64,000 bases of DNA from an uncultured Bifidobacterium sp. (GTDB lineage Bacteria > Actinomycetota > Acidimicrobiia > Acidimicrobiales > Ilumatobacteraceae): positions 785 through 64,784 of the forward strand of contig CAYVAV010000005.1 in NCBI GenBank assembly GCA_964449085.1, in the 5' to 3' direction. The notes under the pieces were generated by a model that was not told the DNA's origin, searched no databases, and worked only from the letters and a program-made list of their open reading frames with translations. Positions 60,535 to 64,000 of this stretch are shown here, piece after piece. Position 1 is the stretch's first letter. Every line of letters begins with the position of its first letter. The position numbers and the translations under genes were made by a program.

Positions 60535-61941
60535 ATGCCATCTTTACCTACCGCTGCTTTTTCCATCACGCTTGATTGTGAACTTCAAAACGTCCCTGGT
60601 GCTCTCGGCCAGTTATGCACAGCCATTGGCGATGCCGGTGGAAACATCGGTGCACTTGATGGGTTTGATGTGCGCGGGAGCAGTCTTCGCCGCAATTTAG
60701 TGGTGCACTGTCGTGACGAGGCACACCAGAAACAAGTTGTCGATGCGGTCAACAAGTTGTCCGCAGTGAAACTGATTAATTGGTGGGATCGCACGTTTGA
60801 GATGCACGAGTCCGGAAAGATTCACGTTCTCTCCACCGCGCCTGTGAGTGATCGTGATGATTTGTCAATGGCGTACACGCCAGGTGTTGCGCGCGTGTGT
60901 ACTGCAATTGAAAATGACCCCAATCTTTCGCACCGCTACACCATTCGCAAAAACACCGTGGCGATTGTGAGTAACGGAACGGCAGTTCTCGGACTTGGCG
61001 ATATTGGTCCCGAAGCAGCGATGCCTGTGATGGAAGGCAAAGCGCTTCTATTTAAAGAATTTGGCGGTGTCGACGGTTTTCCAGTGTGTATTAATGCACG
61101 CACTGTCGATGAAGTTGTTGATTTTGTTCAGCGCATTGCACCCACATTTGGTGGTATCAATCTTGAAGACATTGCAGCACCAGAGTGTTTCGAAATTGAA
61201 GAGCGTTTGGCAGCAAGTCTCGACATCCCTGTCTTCCACGATGACCAACATGGAACAGCAGTTGTCACGCTTGCTGCATTGTGGAACTCATTAAAGATCA
61301 CCGGAAAGAAGATTGAAGATCTCTCAGTTGTGATCGCAGGTATCGGAGCAGCGGGCGTTGCTATTGGCAAGATTCTTATCAACGCAGGTGTTGGTGAAAT
61401 TGTCGGTTGTGACCGTGCGGGGGCGATCTACACAGGTCGTAGCGAACTGAACTCAGCAAAGCAGTGGTTTGCTGAGAACACCAATCCTTCTCGCAAGATG
61501 GGAACAATTTCTGATGTCATGCACGGTGCGGATGTGTTCGTGGGAGTAAGTGGGCCCGATCTCATCACTGCGGCAGATCTTCGCAACATGGCAAAAGATC
61601 CCATTGTGTTTGCTATGGCAAACCCGAACCCAGAGATTCGTCCTGAGCAAGCCGATGGTCTTGCAGCGGTGATGGCTACTGGTCGTAGTGACTATCCGAA
61701 TCAGATCAACAATGTTCTCGCTTTTCCTGGCATCTTCCGAGGCGCCCTCGATGTCAATGCCACCGACATCACAGAAAACATGAAATTGGCAGCGGCGATT
61801 GCGATCGCTGAATCGGTGACAGACGACCAACTCTCTCCACAGTTTGTTGTTCCATCAGTGTTTGATCGCTCCGTTGTTGCACGTGTTGCGCCAGCGGTAT
61901 CGGCCGCAGCAGTGAAAGACGGGGTCATTCGCAAGATGTAA
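60535..61941 (+). CDS. NAD(P)-dependent malic enzyme with an N-terminal ACT-like domain
   Basis: [25 protein letters not shown] and [16 protein letters not shown] motifs. The first ~80 aa resemble an ACT regulatory domain. Confidence 0.9.
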   Translation: MPSLPTAAFSITLDCELQNVPGALGQLCTAIGDAGGNIGALDGFDVRGSSLRRNLVVHCRDEAHQKQVVDAVNKLSAVKLINWWDRTFEMHESGKIHVLSTAPVSDRDDLSMAYTPGVARVCTAIENDPNLSHRYTIRKNTVAIVSNGTAVLGLGDIGPEAAMPVMEGKALLFKEFGGVDGFPVCINARTVDEVVDFVQRIAPTFGGINLEDIAAPECFEIEERLAASLDIPVFHDDQHGTAVVTLAALWNSLKITGKKIEDLSVVIAGIGAAGVAIGKILINAGVGEIVGCDRAGAIYTGRSELNSAKQWFAENTNPSRKMGTISDVMHGADVFVGVSGPDLITAADLRNMAKDPIVFAMANPNPEIRPEQADGLAAVMATGRSDYPNQINNVLAFPGIFRGALDVNATDITENMKLAAAIAIAESVTDDQLSPQFVVPSVFDRSVVARVAPAVSAAAVKDGVIRKM

Positions 61942-61957
61942 CACCCGTGACTCGGGT

Positions 61958-62641
61958 GTGATTGCTAGCGTGACTCAAGTGGCGAGCCCAATGAAGTCGT
62001 TTGAAAACGAACATGATGCCGGTGCGATTTTGTCGTGGGCCGAGAAAGAATTTGGAGCAGGTCTTGTTCTGACTTGCTCTTTCGAGACTGCGGTGATGCC
62101 GCATCTGGTCTCACAGTTTGCACCGAGTGCGACAGTGGTGCTTATTGACACTCAGTACCTTTTCCCGGAAACGATTGCATTTGCGGAGTTAGTGTGCTCG
62201 CGGTTTGGTTTACAACTGCACGCGCAGCGCCCGGCAGATGAAGTGATCCCCGATGAACTGTGGCGGGTTGATGTTGACAAGTGTTGTGATCTGCGAAAAG
62301 TGCAGCCACTCGAACAAGCTCTGAATGGAAAATCAGCGTGGATCACTGGGCTACGTCGTTCCGATGGTTTGGAACGCGCGAATGTTCCCGTTGTGTCACG
62401 AGATCTCATGCGCAACATTACAAAGATCAACCCATTGGCACTCTGGACTGAAGAAGACGTCCAGACGTATATCAAGGACAATGATCTGCCCCGTAATCCG
62501 CTGACGGAACAGGGTTATTCATCAATTGGATGTTGGCCTTGTACGCGTCCAACATTGCCGGGTGAAAGTCGCCGTGATGGCCGTTGGCCGGGACAAGACA
62601 AGACTGAATGCGGATTACACGTCATTTCCGCGATTGACTAG
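61958..62641 (+). CDS. cysH: Adenosine/phosphoadenosine 5'-phosphosulfate reductase (CysH family, Fe-S type)
   Basis: A PP-loop-like SFETAVM region, the C-terminal cluster ligands CC...GCWPCT, and the catalytic KTECGLH tail. The start is uncertain (GTG 61958 or ATG 61991). Confidence 0.85.
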   Translation: MIASVTQVASPMKSFENEHDAGAILSWAEKEFGAGLVLTCSFETAVMPHLVSQFAPSATVVLIDTQYLFPETIAFAELVCSRFGLQLHAQRPADEVIPDELWRVDVDKCCDLRKVQPLEQALNGKSAWITGLRRSDGLERANVPVVSRDLMRNITKINPLALWTEEDVQTYIKDNDLPRNPLTEQGYSSIGCWPCTRPTLPGESRRDGRWPGQDKTECGLHVISAID

Positions 62642-62646
62642 CGTGC

Positions 62647-62669
62647 ACTCACTACATCTTGTGGTGAGT
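62647..62669 (+). terminator. Possible cysH terminator hairpin (no U-tract)
   Basis: ACTCACTAC-ATCTT-GTGGTGAGT forms a 9-bp stem including one G-U pair, 6 nt after the cysH stop. Confidence 0.3.
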
Positions 62670-62698
62670 ACGGCGGATTCAGTAGGAGTTTTAATGCT

Positions 62699-62720
62699 GT
62701 TCACTTTCCGTTCACCTTGA
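62699..62720 (+). promoter_or_regulatory. PHO-box-like element: two 11-nt direct repeat units (GTTCACTTTCC, GTTCACCTTGA)
   Basis: Read directly. The GTTCAC core recurs at exactly 11-nt spacing, about 88 nt upstream of the pstS start. It resembles the Streptomyces PhoP direct-repeat-unit consensus. Confidence 0.5.
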
Positions 62721-62807
62721 TGTTGGCTCGTGTCAGCCTTGGTTTTCTACTCTGACACTGGCTTGTTGACCCTCTGCAAGCCACAACGACTAGGGAGATA
62801 CCTAACA

Positions 62808-63893
62808 GTGAAAAGCACTCGTAAGAACACCATGTGGGCAGCAGCTGCCGTGGTGGCACTCACCATCCCACTGGCTGCATGTGGTGGTGACGACTCAGGT
62901 TCTGGTTCAGACACCACAGCAGCAAACGGTGGTTCTAGTTCGGGCTCGTTGTTTATCTCAGGATCATCAACTGTTGAACCAATCACGGCGGCTGTCGCAA
63001 AGTTGTTTAGTGACGCAAACCCTGACGTGGCAGTGCAGGTTGAAGGACCAGGCACCGGAGACGGATTCGCAAAATTCTGTAACGGTGAAACCGACATTTC
63101 AAATGCATCACGACCTATCAAGGAAGAAGAGATGCAGACATGCGCCGACAACGGCGTTGAGTTCATCGAGCTGAAGGTTGCTGTCGACGGTTTGTCAGTC
63201 GTGACATCAGTTGATGACACCGCGATTGATTGTCTCAGCTTTGCTGACTTGTGGGTGCTCCTTGGGCCAGATGCGATCGGACGTAACAACTGGAGTGATG
63301 CGAACGAAGCAGCTGCAGAATTGAAGGCTTCCATCGGCGATCAGGCTGGCGCAATCAATGCTCCTTACCCGGACGCTCCGTTGTCAATCGTTGCACCTGG
63401 TGAGGAATCAGGAACGTTCGATTCATTTGTCGAATTTGCAATGACACCAGTTGCAGAGTTACTTGGTGCCGAGGATGACGTTCCGCGCCCCGATTACACC
63501 GCAAGCCCGAATGACAACGTGATCATCGAGGGAATAGCAGCAAATCCAACATCACTTGGTTGGGTAGGTTTTGCATTTGTTGAGGAAAATCTCGACACCG
63601 TGAAGCCTCTAAAGGTTGACGGTGGCAACGGATGTGTTGAGCCAAGCCCGGCCACAATTGCATCTGGCGAGTACCCCATTGCGCGTCCGCTGTACATCTA
63701 CGTGAGCGTGAACAAACTCGAAGGCAACGAAGCATTGGCTTCATTTGTTGATCTGTACTTGAGTGATGCGGGTATGGCAGTTATCGGAACTAGTGAAGGA
63801 CAGGTGCCATATGTCCCATTGGCAGCTGCAGACCTTGAGGAGACTCGAGAAATCTGGACCGCTCGTACCACGGGAACACGTTCAGCCAAATAA
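62808..63893 (+). CDS. pstS: Phosphate ABC transporter substrate-binding lipoprotein (PstS family)
   Basis: Lipobox LAAC after a signal peptide, with ISGSSTVEPIT and ISNASRPIKEEE motifs of the PBP-like-2/PstS family. GTG 62808 has GGGAG 10 nt upstream. Confidence 0.85.
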   Translation: MKSTRKNTMWAAAAVVALTIPLAACGGDDSGSGSDTTAANGGSSSGSLFISGSSTVEPITAAVAKLFSDANPDVAVQVEGPGTGDGFAKFCNGETDISNASRPIKEEEMQTCADNGVEFIELKVAVDGLSVVTSVDDTAIDCLSFADLWVLLGPDAIGRNNWSDANEAAAELKASIGDQAGAINAPYPDAPLSIVAPGEESGTFDSFVEFAMTPVAELLGAEDDVPRPDYTASPNDNVIIEGIAANPTSLGWVGFAFVEENLDTVKPLKVDGGNGCVEPSPATIASGEYPIARPLYIYVSVNKLEGNEALASFVDLYLSDAGMAVIGTSEGQVPYVPLAAADLEETREIWTARTTGTRSAK

Positions 63894-63925
63894 AAACTGG
63901 GTATGACACCCGATTGAGAGTATTT

Positions 63926-63964
63926 ACCGGCTGTCTCTGCGCCACTTGGTGAGAGGCAGCCGGT
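63926..63964 (+). terminator. Possible pstS terminator hairpin
   Basis: ACCGGCTGTCTCT-13 nt-AGAGGCAGCCGGT forms a 13-bp stem with one G-U pair, followed by TCTCTT (a weak U-tract). Confidence 0.45.
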
Positions 63965-64000
63965 TCTCTTATGTCCGAGTGCACTCGAGCACATAAAGTA

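Noticed and set aside
63970-64000. A possible start of the next gene (ATGTCCGAGTGCACTCGAGCAC...), for example pstC.
   Set aside because: Only 10 codons are visible before the window ends, so neither coding nor identity can be supported.

Overview
This window looks like core chromosome from an Actinomycetota genome of moderate GC. That is an inference from the gene set: DUF3039, DUF3499, furA-katG, F420 genes cofC/cofD/cofE, and an imuA'-imuB-dnaE2 mutasome. I support about 58 protein-coding genes, densely packed and often translationally coupled.

Main blocks:
- 1-4.6 kb: cofC, a PIG-L deacetylase, gpsA, rnhB.
- 5.1-11.1 kb: an SOS mutasome, imuA'-imuB-NUDIX-dnaE2, with two LexA boxes.
- 12.5-36.1 kb: a large envelope-glycan locus with the full GDP-mannose to GDP-fucose route (manB, manC-like, gmd, fcl). 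It also holds three GT4 glycosyltransferases, a Wzx-like flippase, a giant GT2-polytopic fusion, a DUF5719-like protein and a GT-C-like membrane protein. cofD-cofE and ftsH are embedded in it.
- 36.5-44.1 kb: housekeeping genes ahcY, secA, prfB, ftsE, ftsX.
- 44-57.6 kb: metabolic genes, including menB, a truncated globin, a BCCP-carboxyltransferase fusion with a TetR regulator, and an LLM/VOC/SDR/ACAD/acyl-CoA ligase group.
- 57.7-64 kb: katG-furA, malic enzyme, cysH, pstS.

I found no rRNA or tRNA genes, CRISPR array, transposase, integrase or recognisable defence system. I cannot honestly name a clear novel system here.

The observations most worth a second look are:
- the two near-identical LexA-box/-10 modules, and the NUDIX gene sitting inside the mutasome cassette;
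- a perfect 44-bp tandem duplication that copies the gmd stop-codon region;
- a BCCP-CT fusion with no biotin carboxylase nearby;
- a single-domain CofE;
- an epimerase-like SDR with no YxxxK motif;
- a structured ahcY leader;
- a PHO-box-like repeat upstream of pstS;
- a furA reading frame that runs into katG.

All family calls rest on motif recognition by eye. No database searches were run.
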